A DNA stretch of 64,000 nt from Strigamia acuminata (Eukaryota): positions 27,776,001 through 27,840,000 of the forward strand of contig OX442314.1 of assembly GCA_949358305.1 (NCBI GenBank), in the 5' to 3' direction. This document shows, in pieces, positions 48,201 through 57,494 of the stretch. The first letter of the stretch is position 1, and the number at the start of each line of letters is the position of its first letter. Position numbers and translations under genes: made by a program. A model generated the notes under the pieces. It searched no databases, had not been told where the DNA came from, and saw only the letters and a list, made by a program, of their open reading frames with translations.

Positions 48201-48292
48201 TTTCACTAATGCTTGGCCTTTCAATTCTTGCAATTCCACAGCTATCGCAAAAAATGTTCTTGCAATTTATGCGACTAACCAGAAAAAACTGA
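9251..48292 (+). CDS. DEG/ENaC (pickpocket/ASIC-like) channel gene with two tandem subunit repeats, 12 coding exons, 834 aa
   Basis: Predicted exons 9251-9745, 10195-10312, 10393-10469, 35168-35257, 35390-35502, 35564-35745, 35810-36474, 38174-38249, 46334-46422, 47459-47569, 47626-47732 and 47911-48292 total 2505 nt, in frame, with GT-AG introns. Motifs: TM1 RALWLVGWLVCFGICGYQTWER, Cys-rich thumb C..DC / CGCLRPC, TM2 FGGNLGFSLGYSLLSIIE; second repeat TM1 HTFFILILICAFLAVYVSKER, GTCY, CGCHPPC, IGNCFSLMLGLSIL. Confidence 0.85.
9788..10149. mobile_element. hAT-like MITE in intron 1
   Basis: TIR tagactttgacc/ggtcaaagtcta and a near-perfect 8-bp TSD (aaaaaaat/agaaaaat). Absent from the duplicated intron at ~58020. 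Confidence 0.8.
11191..12205 (-). repeat. 3' LTR of Gypsy element 1
   Basis: Direct repeat of 33361-34375; I found only two dinucleotide differences. Confidence 0.95.
12242..15007 (-). CDS. ORF3: ~921-aa Pro/Arg-rich non-envelope accessory protein, with probable upstream exon 15857-15946
   Basis: Long intact ORF in the env position ending just before the PPT. A polypyrimidine acceptor (tttctccatccttccag) directly precedes the ATG at 15007. NLS-like PRKRKRSK and C-terminal PPKKK; no obvious signal peptide or TM segment. Confidence 0.8.
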   Translation of the reverse strand: MALRRTWGPLDPACIARGGIFRGALPEFYRRCFGEDADPWRLRILHSRCIARRWVRDCTLLDTFPEGMREGIATELARDDDPKSPIFHPGLSSQYTGNPAEEHVLYAWQAAETEEAREAIYQQYRQQLVDTATAVAERILQNEGMTADDIHLWFERLRLGESTPQWRPRMGVLTSQAEMWQLHHLGILGPKSSYPRKRKRSKGAGNSQSRSPVTTKKQRVIQNTTEGNEAGPSTSTVRDPSQYSRPRIFVNRQIKDGKECKEVWMSGDEERVSRPSTSRRPLTHREQRRRDRKERYFARCEARGRPIPEPAYISKRAGRRSGSQSGERSVPAADTRDLREILTQMKRTKLTRFDPTMKHARKMGVVTDGMVTPHEVARWLADYINSRPRPDGMPTAIVQPSSSEQHLPAPQVAMTGVQTTETPPPPTQPPPPLPTPTLPTKTQPPPNLPPPSLLNSSDPPDLPTDRSVLLPVGQSILQECRNNLTDIYRPSRPRPGSSALFFERRDEEARLAREAANPTISELSAFRFVMEDPRVSAPALRGVDQTQRYFIEWAITMMSKLSRAFTEDSERSNPVNRRSLQLSLTKVMMQLLTPALFGEGRQSMAAWSAVDREGVQVPRALLAEWSSILPDPVLTRYELTRDVVNPEFEGYKLRSTAFRYTSATWTAAPTQQLRALTVQTEEPAEEVEMMISPTSGVPIPPPMPAKMSPQGPALFEVAGKPKRLLCRTPPVRSVEQTKPTPPGTPPARAATTTQAVIPAATQKPKPAPPPPDYYGRIINEFPHLSMTTATRRFILAQRDKGKSVFIWLHNQIRKTKDLIFHQRLLRAHRAPVTPAEANAIRHTNTGFSAYIPSVWLHERTRAPHEPVDGHALCFITEHEDPRDRSSALVGDLSAPPGTQPPVPGVSYAQVTDSVSGPPKKK
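16451..16896 (-). CDS. pol: Displaced C-terminal end of the integrase
   Basis: Removing the nested element and one ccgc TSD restores ..DGPYVIIGKHGGNAYKLRKLED..IQVRELTPY in frame. Confidence 0.9.
19406..20887 (-). CDS. Orphan ~493-aa basic, N/Q-rich protein carried by the LARD-like element
   Basis: Only long ORF in the element, with first ATG at 20887. Internal repeats F..YC....L....FKNI.EA..(Y/F)V and GP(F/I)HVWFS each occur twice. Confidence 0.7.
   Translation of the reverse strand: MAQKPLNMIDPKGNNKQTNLNLSSVPLGDQTEKIPDHFTLYCNRHGLDKTKFKNIIEASDYVKARNWRDRTQSQSSHQDPVRNPQTYSRNLVNQDSHTMFQTSSRGSKLEKFKPPNSVDKGEENYKPNNSHPESSLTNQSVVQNKLKLVYNRDQLISVRYANPAEAQRYVASLNLSINLPLSKELGTVNKSFGPPISTQRKDIRTPNKHLQSNNVQQRARSPITNSCLRTYDLSTKKSPQPRQFYLTPISNRKKVKQTFPLKKYYQHDNENDFKPKKESFLTNPREIRYQFEQYCKQYQLNSAEFKNINEAQQFVFRNQYRNQRLKPVPVVNLTEIQQFASGKQPCNIQNNSSQREELRTSKKRFRSPSPAGDEETSSTNQHVQKLTENPGFQSSVPRLRVKYRSPRLLRDFTIPNMGPFHVWFSNEGPIHVWFSRDDLKQKVGSSRSFTLPSQYTVCNCPKEKRRKKSVQQAERSRKFANMRAQYLAKNHVD
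23820..24647 (-). repeat. 235-bp tandem leader repeats, each with a tRNA-Gln PBS
   Basis: TGGAGGTCCCACCGAGAT at 24158-24175, 24393-24410 and 24628-24645 (235-bp period), plus more degenerate units towards 23820. Confidence 0.92.
26562..30250 (-). CDS. pol: Pol (protease, RT, RNase H, integrase), expressed by -1 frameshift and interrupted at 26561
   Basis: LLDSGA, LCIDYR, MPFGL, YLDD, TDAS, TDH, HHCC, VDVMGP, SDNGPQF, GPY motifs. The -1 frame is open from the A_AAA_AAC sites. Confidence 0.95.
30205..33315 (-). CDS. gag: Gag with long R/S/E-rich N-terminal extension and CCHC knuckle
   Basis: CFKCNQPGHYSKEC knuckle, capsid-like block (AREWYQ..WDDFLMRF..FRQMPGETIMDY), and position after the PBS. 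Confidence 0.92.
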   Translation of the reverse strand: MITSYPKQEMADNTRVTDSDSDVNKRAGSRKGTDYHLRSGGPLPKASAHESRQKRRKAKPDRRSASEASHPSHAETRQRLDETERSEDPSHPKPPRPNRDGETSGNEVLSRNQSPRLTHDTEVSDPRATSSIQRMASDTTANSALNTPITHSRPASVMSEGHKSNSSSVKRVSSQPYSVSGTLIDAMQLAQAEGVRYTLPTGKITVYETLQIVRAALKAHSVSPQITIVEGAYAQQLVDSAQFEADAENEARQAIRERRRKLAEREAQALEYGRTQPNPTTPEEVEIVDRALRAHRYAFHSQQEAERAFMARLRRDDPKSVRKPEVSSSELSDESLEGDPKRTPKAKPKPQPERATPATPRKRDASAREQQTRPRMQALDSATNNAITRLINANNAKRNEEQALTSQQHDNPQGTEWQQPVPILEDDESSRRQSHDRTFSREEGKRDERPKYYHYGNSDSSSDGLESNAPSHHDSERGSGERRRERERDERREKERDDRRRGRKESNSSRRNPPRRSPSPDPSSDPSSNDDRRKDKSSNRRKRSNSPRDREKRRRSENSDHRREEFQDLPRQSAFTDSTGRQYTMGELGRALLGSLKAEGIDLSKRNDRNRSTGDRVKKKYAVSRRDTMSITGNIRWQFYIQNRFDGSWKAGDRFLDEVIRIKTATKATVGDMLTHGIVELMTGSAREWYQGLKGVNWDDFLMRFDLRYGETPEEVSRKMRGFRQMPGETIMDYDIRARLLFEKAPMEFHATGFNLFFLGGLSEYSQRVLLEERAPTGGSYEEMSAFLFENTIDIEKRYYSALPEAEKAATANRLKLSAERYGGTDKIMRPTEYLSGIMELAEASVGLQIKNKLTFTLPSNPLAAPKKAPTASAMQATLEEVKEGEEAGQDAGKSDEKEEKDDYSTDEEIRSYRDTLSTGCDEEGPLVHLIHRDRAVEEFRARLKPNAGRIPKYFRKNYTPPSKADPEKKKSTEAPRDKSNIRCFKCNQPGHYSKECPRTAKEDAKFDAIMKQMAEIKLAMAKNESKNESAQAAKK
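33341..33358 (-). promoter_or_regulatory. Primer binding site, tRNA-Pro
   Basis: TGGGGGCCTGTCCGGGAT matches 16/18 of the canonical Pro PBS TGGGGGCTCGTCCGGGAT and lies 2 nt from the LTR. Confidence 0.9.
33361..34375 (-). repeat. 5' LTR of Gypsy element 1
   Basis: Direct repeat of 11191-12205, followed on the minus strand by the PBS. Confidence 0.95.
35810..36474 (+). CDS. Channel gene exon 7: TM2 of repeat 1 fused to TM1 of repeat 2
   Basis: Single open frame (ORF track 35848-36537), with acceptor ttag at 35809 and donor gtaagt at 36475. Confidence 0.85.
36794..37505. mobile_element. MITE with long TIRs
   Basis: acaaggggagtgcaccaata...aaaattttt(g)aggaatttattt is inverted at 37438-37505. Confidence 0.75.
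37075..37136 (-). pseudogene. tRNA-derived fragment (SINE head or tRNA pseudogene)
   Basis: Minus strand has A-box-like tggtccagtggttaa and B-box-like gattcaaatcc. The cloverleaf is incomplete. Confidence 0.4.
42548..45024 (+). mobile_element. Small non-autonomous LTR element with cargo ORF, inserted in the BEL gag
   Basis: Apparently identical 308-bp LTRs (42548-42855, 44717-45024) with TG..CA ends, 5-bp TSD ggcca, PBS TGGCGACGAG (tRNA-Ser(GCT)-like) at 42859, and PPT ggggaga. Confidence 0.93.
43022..44774 (+). pseudogene. Cargo ORF (~580 codons; one frameshift, one in-frame TAA), coiled-coil and possibly STAT-like
   Basis: ORFs 43191-43889 and 43896-44774 share a frame; 43022-43231 is shifted. 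No gag/pol motifs. The STAT resemblance is by eye only. Confidence 0.5.
46602..47354. mobile_element. Solo LTR in intron 9
   Basis: tgtcacgt...acgtgaca termini with 4-bp TSD gtac. Confidence 0.75.
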
Positions 48293-50495
48293 AATCTGCC
48301 ATCACATTTCCCAAAGAATATACACTAATATAAATCAGAAATTAAACAACAATTAAATCTAAAGCACACCCTAATAAATAATACGAACGTAAATAAATAA
48401 GTAAATAAATATAACAAAAAATCAACACACAGACGATGGTACAAAGAAGCATGGCTAACGGTCACTAATCCACACAATGCAGCTAAACTTTTCTATAAAT
48501 CAAACTCAGTTTCACTTAAGAAACAACTTTAAATATTATCTTTTAATTTGACATAAACTCGGACGACTTTTGTCAGCATAACGTACTGTTGTCTGTTGTT
48601 TCACAAACGTTTAGTTGTTATAGAGTGGGAAAAGATCTTAAAGATGTTTAAAAACTAAAAAAAAGTGTCATTTTAGAAGAATTTAGCCTTTCGGTTTGTA
48701 TTTTAAGACATTAATTTTTCAGCTACTACTACTGTAATATAATATTCTATCTATTGCATCATGCGATTATGGACTTTACCATATTATATATTTTTAATCT
48801 TAAAAATTGATCCTCCGATAGTGGGCTACGCTAACTAGTTACGCTATCCTATTACACTGTGCTATTATACTATACTACACTGTATTATTAAATATACTAT
48901 TACAGCACTGTTTATTATTCCGTAGTATTTATATTTATTAATCAACTCTGTTTTTACTTTCCATTTAATCGTTTCTGCAGCAATTTAATCCATCATAGTT
49001 GCATACATTTTTTAAAATTGCTTTTCCCAGTCAGTCCACCTCTTAAAATTAACTTCACAATCAAATAACAAACTTATTGTTAGAACTACCATCTTTTACT
49101 TTCATTAGTTTGAAAATTTTTAAATTTTTTTATACTGTCGACGTGGGATAATTTGATCCCTCATTTGCCTCTGTCATTGAGTTGACTACATCAACTCGAC
49201 TGCGTCAACGGTAAAACTATAAGATACAACTAAATTTCACAATAGTTGATAAGAATTATCGTTTCTTACGTAAATGATAATGTTGATTGACGTTGTTGCT
49301 GAATCAGATGTATTAGCTACGGAGCACCATCTATTTTTTTCATTTTTCACGTCGTTACAATGTCTGTTAAAATGAAAACATGTTTTATTATATATGGTAT
49401 ATTCTATTTGATTGTTAAATTATTATTACTCCTTTGATTTGCGTCGCATTGAGTTAAACCGGCAGCCGCCATTAAAAGTTGTCGTGACGTAATAGTCAAA
49501 ATGTTTTATGCGCATGCTCGATAGCGCATTTTTTTTTCCTGTAAAATAAAATAATAAAATAAAATACCGAACATAATAAACACAGCCTTTGGTGTATTAT
49601 ATTTTCAAGCATTTTCGGTCTATCCATTATCGGTTTTTGATTTTTCTTACCAGAAAAGAAAAATGGCGGCAGTTTCAAATAAATGCTGCACAAATTCATG
49701 TGTGAAAAAGCTAAAGCAAAGAAAGGTTTGCATCTTAGCAGGGTCGGCTCAGACATCGGTTTTTCGGACCCCAGAACGAGGCCCCGCGCTCATAGGGGCC
49801 CCGCACTTTCGAAAATAAAAAATTGAAAAATAAAAGGTTAAAATAAATTCTTTTTTTTACAAATACACTTTGGGATCCACTAATATCTTTTTACCGAGGC
49901 GCTGCAAAACCTGCAGCCAGTCTTGTATCTTAGCAAGATAAAATGAAGATACAGTGCATACATTTTTATTTCTTCTTGCATTTTCTCTTTTCTTACGACA
50001 ACTGCCACCTCATTGGTCACAAAGAAATTTGAAAAAATTGAAATTACTAGATATATTTCTTCCATTTTTTAAACTTGAAGAAATTCAGATGACCAAAACG
50101 AGACAATAATCCAAAATAAATTTTATCTATTTATTTATTATTATTTTTATTAATACGAATAGAAGTATTGTTGGGTAAATAATGATACTCCGATATAAAA
50201 CAAACGAGTGAAATGTTTATTCTTGGATGAAAATTAAAATGGCGCATCTACACGACCGTGACTTGCGATCGATATACATTTCTATAGAATAACGAACAAA
50301 AACGCATGTTTCGCGTGGATGATTAAATACGTCGTAATGACGTCATACGAAATTATAAAGTCACATCGTACACGTACAGTGATAAAAGAAAATACATCAT
50401 AAACACTAGTACCACGACACTAAATAATATAAACTGTTCCGTATAAATTACATGCATAAGACAAATATCGTTTTTGGTTTAATATACCACAAGAA

Positions 50496-51005
50496 TTACT
50501 GCCCATTTCTTTCGGCATCCCAAGGAGCAAAACTCATGAAAGAGTACAATCGTGCGGGAGAACGTGCAACTGCTTCACTAATCAACAAATGTTGAAATGT
50601 GTTGCACTCAGTGTTCCGGTTCAACTCCAACAAATCGTAAACGGTTTCGTCGTCCAAATGTTGCAGTTTAATCTTCTGCAATAATCGAACGGCAGCACGC
50701 TCTCTATTACGATCGCCGTTGCATTTCCACTTGAAAATGCACCGAGCAATCGCATTGCAGCGCATTTCAGATTCACTCAACAATTGAATGCTTTCATTCC
50801 CTGCTAGTGCCTCAATGTTACTCAGAAATTGTAATAATTTACAATCTCGTCGGCAGAGATCGTATTGAGTGGCCAAACTCCAAACTTTCGGGAACGTTTC
50901 CACACTGACGTCATCAGCTAATCGGTCCCAGCAATGGCAAAGCAAATCATGAATTCGCATTAAATGACAGGTGGAAATTAACTCTGTCAGCAGACGGTAA
51001 GTCAC
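50496..51005 (-). pseudogene. BTB/BACK-domain-like fragment, copy 2
   Basis: Paralog of 6653-7149, open frame but with a ~13-aa internal deletion. Confidence 0.5.
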
Positions 51006-53514
51006 GAACCACTCATTACAATTCTCAGAAATCTCATGAATTATTTAAAATACAGAGTAGTAATTACTTGTCAACTTTCACAAAACATCAATATAGCTGC
51101 AATGCGGTGTTTTTGAGTGGATCGAGTGCCACGTTTTCACCTCAGTGGACTTTAAAACCGTATGTATTTTTTCATATCTATATTCAATTCATTATGAGCT
51201 TATGAGAGAGATATTCAATCATATTCGAGTTTTGCAAATCTGGATCAAATCATAGTAAAAAAAAGCACTGGATTTGCAAAATAACATTCAAATTTATGTG
51301 AATCCCATTCTCTCAATACTATCAATAGTCAGTATTTCAACAAGAATGTAATTATCACACGATTTTAAGTTCTGTTTTTTTTTAATGAAAAACGTCAGTT
51401 GCATTATTTTCGGATTGCTGTGACAACCGAAGCTACGACATTTGCCCGAATGCACAGTAACGTGTTTTGAAAGGTTCCTGAATAGACCAATCAGAACGAG
51501 CAGTGTAGCATGGGTTGCCATCAAGCAGAGCAAAACTGGTATTGTGCTCCCCTACCCAGGTAGTATTCCCTTCCACCTTGGCACAAGAGGTGCCCCCTTA
51601 AGACTCTGAATTTCATGGGCCCCTAATTCCAAAAATAAAATATTGTGACGGTATCGTCTTACCCCTGGTAACCTGGGGTGGAACGCATTCTCACGTAAAA
51701 TAAGACAAGGACTCCAGATTGTTGGGTTGTTGTCCTTTAATCGTTGTCTAGGGATTTGAGTCTCCAGTCTACCCACGTGTTGGCGAAGGCACGCCACACC
51801 AGCAACCGACTTGTCACACAGAGAGGGATCCCCATGAATGACGTGGCCGGTTGGACATAACTATTCTGCTGTACTCACCTGTACAGCCCATGCCCATGCA
51901 ACTGCTTATGGAGGCTGTGGTGCTATTGACGTCTCACCACTGAGCGTCGCAGTGGTGAATAGGGAGGAAAGCTGAGTCAGCACAGAGCACAACTGCTTTT
52001 GCTAGCTTCAGGACTTCACTTCACATGTCTGTCTCAGTTGAGACCCAGCGCTCTTTTCTCTCCCTGCACCACTCAGCTCCCTCCTTCTCCGTACTGGGTA
52101 ATCCAACTCCGCGAGGAAGGTTGACCTTGGGGCTATTGGGCGGAGTGTGGTAGTGCCGCAAGTCATAGTCGGGTGGCCAAGCGGCCACAAAATTAAGCAA
52201 TTGCAAAGGGACACAGTCTATACTGTGCTAAAACTTAGAACTATGGGTGCATCCGGAGTAAGATAACAGAATGTTTGGTTTGTTTATTTAGATGAGGTAG
52301 TGTGAGTTGAGAGTGAGGTTGTTGTTGTTGTTTGTATTTGCTGTGAGTATTGATTTGTGATCCCAGAATTATGAGATACTCTATGATGTAGGAACATATA
52401 TTCCAACTGCCAAAAAGTTTACTGAAATAATGAAATATGGATATACAAGTACTGCTGTTGCTTCTACATTGCTGTTGCAGTTTTTATAACTTAATATTAA
52501 TATTTTATGGTGTTTACACTTTCAAACCAAAATTATAAATTCGATTTGGAAGAAACCTGTCAGGAGAAAATAATAACACGGGAAATGAGGCATCATTTTG
52601 ACAAGCTAGAATTAAAAAACACAAAGTCTTGGAGTTGTTTTTGAGATTTTAGTTGGATTTTACGAGAATCGTACACTGCAAAAAAATTTGGATTTTCAAA
52701 AAAAAAGTCATTGGAAATTTAATGGTGAAATTGGATAAATTCCAGTTTGGAAATATAATAGAAAGGAAATGGGAAATATTTTATAGAAAGTTGAATTTCC
52801 GCAAATTTACAACACTGAAAGATGATGTAAGTTTTTGTTAAATGTATGGAAAGCTAATGTAAATTAGGTTTTCTAATTAAAATTTATCTAAATTTTCAAC
52901 ACTGAATGATGATGTTGCAAATTATTGTAATTGTATGGAATGTTAATGTAAATTAGATTTGGAAATTTGTATTTCCATTTATTTCACAAGCCTAAAAATT
53001 AATGACTAAAGATCCTAAGTTTCCAGCTTGTAAAATTTATGGGTTTATCACTAGGTGGCGAACATAATTCAAAACTAATTCAAAATTTATATTTATTAAA
53101 TATGGGATTGGTTTTATCATTTCTACTTCAACAAATAATTAGATAATTATTGTTAGAGTTAGATAAATTAAAAAGTTGACACAAATTTTGTAGTGTAACA
53201 TTTTAATTTAATTCTAGAATTTGTTACACCATCATATCAATGGGAGTTTTTATCACTACCTTCAGTTGATTTTGCTCATTTTTTGCATTAGGCTATGATT
53301 ATAGCCTTGGTTTATGAATTCAGGATTCAAGATTATTGGATTCAAGATTATTGGATTCAAGATTCAAGAATGAATTCAGGATTTAGGATTCAGAAACAAA
53401 TTCAGGATTCAGGATTCAGAATTTTTATTAAAAAAGAAATAATCAAATTTTATATTTGGAAACTTGTTATTTACTGATGGGAAACTCATATTTTACATTT
53501 GGAAATCTTAACTT

Positions 53515-55848
53515 TGTGACGATTGACTTTACGAGATACAAATTGCTAGAAATTAGAGCAAGAACTCGTGTAAAAGTGTAAAAATACGGAGGCTTGTGAT
53601 TTTTCAAATCATATGACAGTTTATTACAAATGGGAATTATATAAAAACTATGCCTACAAATGGCTAAGTTAACTTCAAGTTAAACTATACAATCGGTCGG
53701 CAAAAGCCCTAAAATAATATCACTTGCGGTTTTCAGTCGGACAAATAAGAATATGTAACGGTCTTATTGTCGGGACGTAAAAGATGTCATCTTAGTATGG
53801 ATTTTCGTGGTTCCTGGGCTAATTCTGAAAGGGGTGTAATGGTTAGACTTGTGTGAATTATATCCGAGAGGTGCGGTTGACTTTTCTGCAGTCGTCACAC
53901 ATGTAATTATTATACGGTTAATAATTACAAAGCGTGGTCATAAATATGACGAAATAAGTTGAATAAATATTCATGTAAATTCGATAGAATTCCACATGAT
54001 ATTGTATTCACGAAGCGAGATAAAATAACTGTAAAAATAAAGAATAAATTAAAATAGCGCCAAGCTATTTTTGCCCCAAGTGCAATCAACATCAAAATAA
54101 TAATTAAGATGTTCCATCGTCCAACAACGAATTGAATCAGAAGTTTCTCGCAGGAAGGGTTATCCATTGCCGGGAAATTACTCCACTCGGTTCTGGCTGG
54201 CGGGAGAATAACCGGGAAATTACTCCGCTCGGTTACCCTGATAATGTGTCTGTGAAATAATAAATACTCCACTCTAGATACTACATTACCAATGCGTCTG
54301 TGAATTTCACTCCACTCTAGATTCTGCATTCTACAACGGGATGTTGGCATGAAGCGGAGGGAGTGCGTCTGTGGGTTGTACCCCACTCTAGATACTACAC
54401 TTAAATGCAAGTAAACTTACGATTTCTACAACGGGATGTTGGCATGAAGAGGCGGGCAGTGCGTCTGTGAGTCTTCTACTCACTCTAGATTCTTACACTA
54501 AATAACTGGTATTTCTACAACGGACTGTTGGATCGACGAGAAGTATAATAAGCGCTCAAGTAACAAGTAACAAAACAGAAAACAGGACAAGAGCATGATA
54601 TATCCGGTTTACACGGAATATACAGGGTGGAACAAAAGTCTGGATCCCTACTAAATATTTCTGAAAGTGGTAACAATGCATCTAATTCAATGATGGCAAA
54701 GTATTAAAGTTGGGTGGGGCAATCTTTTGGTGACCCGAAATTTGACCTTGAGATGTTCCTTCAAGGTCATTTGAAAATTATCTCGGAAACCGTTAGAGAT
54801 AGACAGAAATTTCCAATTGTAAACTTGTAGACCATCATTTGTTTAGTCTAAAAATGACTAATTCTCAAATCTTTTGTACTAAAAGATTTTAAGAAAATCG
54901 CAATTGAAAAAGTAGTTTTGAAAAGAAAAAGTCATAAAAAAATTTGGTTTTCTATCCATATCTCTGCAACGGTGCCAGATATGCAAATTCCAACCAGGAG
55001 AATCGATTTTTTTGGGTCATTTTACATCTAATCAGCACATTTTTGGCACTTTTCCAAATTTTGGCCATGTTATTCTTGGACTTGTGTCTACTTTTTCAAT
55101 TGCGATTTTCTTAAAATCTTTTAGTACAAAAGATTTGAGAATTAGTCATTTTTAGACTAAACAAATGATGGTCTACAAGTTTACAATTGGAAATTTCTGT
55201 CTATCTCTAACGGTTTCCGAGATAATTTTCAAATGACCTTGAAGGAACATCTCAAAGTCAAATTTCGGGTCACCAAAAGATTGCTCCACCCAACTTTAAT
55301 ACTTTGCCATCATTGAATTAGATGCATTGTTACCACTTTCAGAAATATTTAGTAGGGATCCAGACTTTTGTTCCACCCTGTATACTCGTACTGGACAATA
55401 GGCTGATCATTGATCCAATGGGATCACTGGTCACCTAAATCCTTCCAATCCTAGGCTCTAGAAGTGGATAGCCAGGACATAGTCTTCTCTTAGGTCCGTT
55501 CTAAGAACTGGATACGCAGGACACATTTCGGATTAAGTCTCTGATTATAATCCGTAATGGAATTCTATTCACGGTGGGTGGTGAGGGACATCTACATCTA
55601 CACCAGGTGTGAAGTTTATACATAATTCAATAGAATTATGTAGTAAACTAAATAAAACAACATTAAAACATATTCAACATGTTTAAGAACTGTCTGAGAT
55701 AAAGTGGATTAATATATAAATGATAATTTATATATTAAATCACTTAGAATGATCGAAATTCAAAATTAACGCTACAACACGAGAACGCCATCTATTGACG
55801 AAATAATCCTCCTTAACCAGCAAAGTGTATGACAGTGTAACCGTCACA
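53515..55848. mobile_element. Solo LTR related to the LARD LTR
   Basis: tgtgacg...cgtcaca termini, TSD actt, and internal ~80-90-bp tandem repeats (cactctagat...). Confidence 0.8.
54623..55380. mobile_element. Tc1/mariner-like foldback MITE
   Basis: TA|CAGGGTG...CACCCTG|TA, with ~290-bp near-perfect inverted arms. Confidence 0.9.
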
Positions 55849-56090
55849 ACTTTACTGGTTGAGAAATATGTGTTTAACTGTTTGGAAATTTAATATACGA
55901 GTATCATGCTACGAAAAGTCGTTTGGAAACGGTTGCATTCAGTGTTGGAAAGTCATTGGAAATTTGATGTTTGTACAATTTGGAATATATAACTTTCAGG
56001 TTTGGAAATTTCGCATTTCAGTTATATTTCCAAAATATTTTATGGACAAAAATCTAATTTTTTTTGCAGTAATACAGACTGTATCGATAT

Positions 56091-56268
56091 CAGGGCTGGT
56101 GCACATATTTCCACCTGAGGCGAGCAAGGCATATACCGCCCTTTTGAACAGTAAAATATTTGTTTTTCTTGATGTAAAGAAATCGGATTGTGCGCCCAAA
56201 GACGCCGCCCCTGGAAATATGCTACCTGAGGCGACCGCCTCACCGCCTCACCCTATGCACCGGCCCTG
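56091..56268. mobile_element. Small hAT-like MITE
   Basis: cagggctggtgca / tgcaccggccctg termini. Confidence 0.55.
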
Positions 56269-56445
56269 CGTGCGCTGACTGTAGTGGTAAAAAATACAAG
56301 CTTCGGGACAACAATGGCAACATAACGTTGTTTTGACAATGCTGCGAAGCCAGCCCTATCCCTCGGCCCGCCCGGACACTCATCCAGACGATGCCACCCG
56401 TTTACACGTGTACAGAACCCAGAACCCCGGTTTCTTTATAATAAA

Positions 56446-57006
56446 TAGACCCCGGATAATTGCATAAATGCATACAATATGTTTATATGCAATAAAAAGC
56501 CGAAATTGGCTTTTATTGCATATTTTGCAAAAATTTTTTTTTTTTGCATAAATCGCCATTTTTCCAGGAAAAAACCGCGATTTATGTCTTTTTTTAACGA
56601 TACGTAACATGTACGTATTAATTTTTGTTAAGACACATATAGTGTACGTATGCTTGCGTTCGGAAAACTGAGGATTTTGCCAAAAACAGACACCAGGGGA
56701 AGTCACTAAATTAGTGTCTGGAAAAAGTTTTAAAAAATAAACAAATAAACAAATAAAAAACTAAAAAAAAATGAATTGTAATTACCAATTATAATTCATT
56801 TACATCAAGAACACTTTGAAATGGCATTAAGTTGTAATTTAACATCTGATTTCACTCGAATAATTTTTTTTATTTTGCATATTTGTATTTTTATTTTGCA
56901 TAAAATGGAATTTTTGGTGCATATTTTATGCGCATAAAATGGAATTTTTGGTGCATATTTTATGCGCATAAAACGAATTTTATTTTGCATAAATATCCGG
57001 GGTCTA
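56446..57006. mobile_element. hAT-like MITE
   Basis: TIR tagaccccgga/tccggggtcta and perfect 8-bp TSD ataataaa. Confidence 0.85.
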
Positions 57007-57494
57007 ATAATAAACATAGTCATGTCCGTTGTATCGTAAGTTCGTATTATTCAGTAGTTATAATTCACTTAGCACACAATAGTTTAGCTCGGTTAGATTT
57101 GTATTATTTACCTACCAAAAAGTAGAATCGTCACACTCACTCAAAAACAACCATGATAAATCATACTTTTGAAATATCAATATTTCATTATAATTTTATG
57201 ACTTTAGTTCCTCTTTTACTGTTGCTCACAAATTGAAAACAAACATTATTTTTGAAAATTACATTTCTATATTTTGGTATAAAATTTTTTTTTCATGGAA
57301 AATTCAGTTGGAAACAAATTAATTTTTGAAGTTTTACAACCATAAATATTTATGGGAAAAACAAATTAAATTAAATAAAAATTTTAATCCAAAAAGACAA
57401 GTTTATTAATTTTTTTGATCATTTATGTACCATCGATTGTTAAACTACATACAAGTTACGTACTTTTATCTTTTATCCTTGATTTGTAGACAAA

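Larger units (their letters stand above)
52674..56071. mobile_element. Non-autonomous CACTG-type DNA transposon
   Basis: Imperfect TIR cactgcaaaaaaatttggatttt / aaaatctaattttttttgcagta, with ttggaaat subterminal repeats. A truncated left end is also present at ~8787-9055. Confidence 0.65.

Noticed and set aside
53310..53420. ggattca-type repeat ORF
   Set aside because: Simple 7-bp-based repeat with no sign of real coding.
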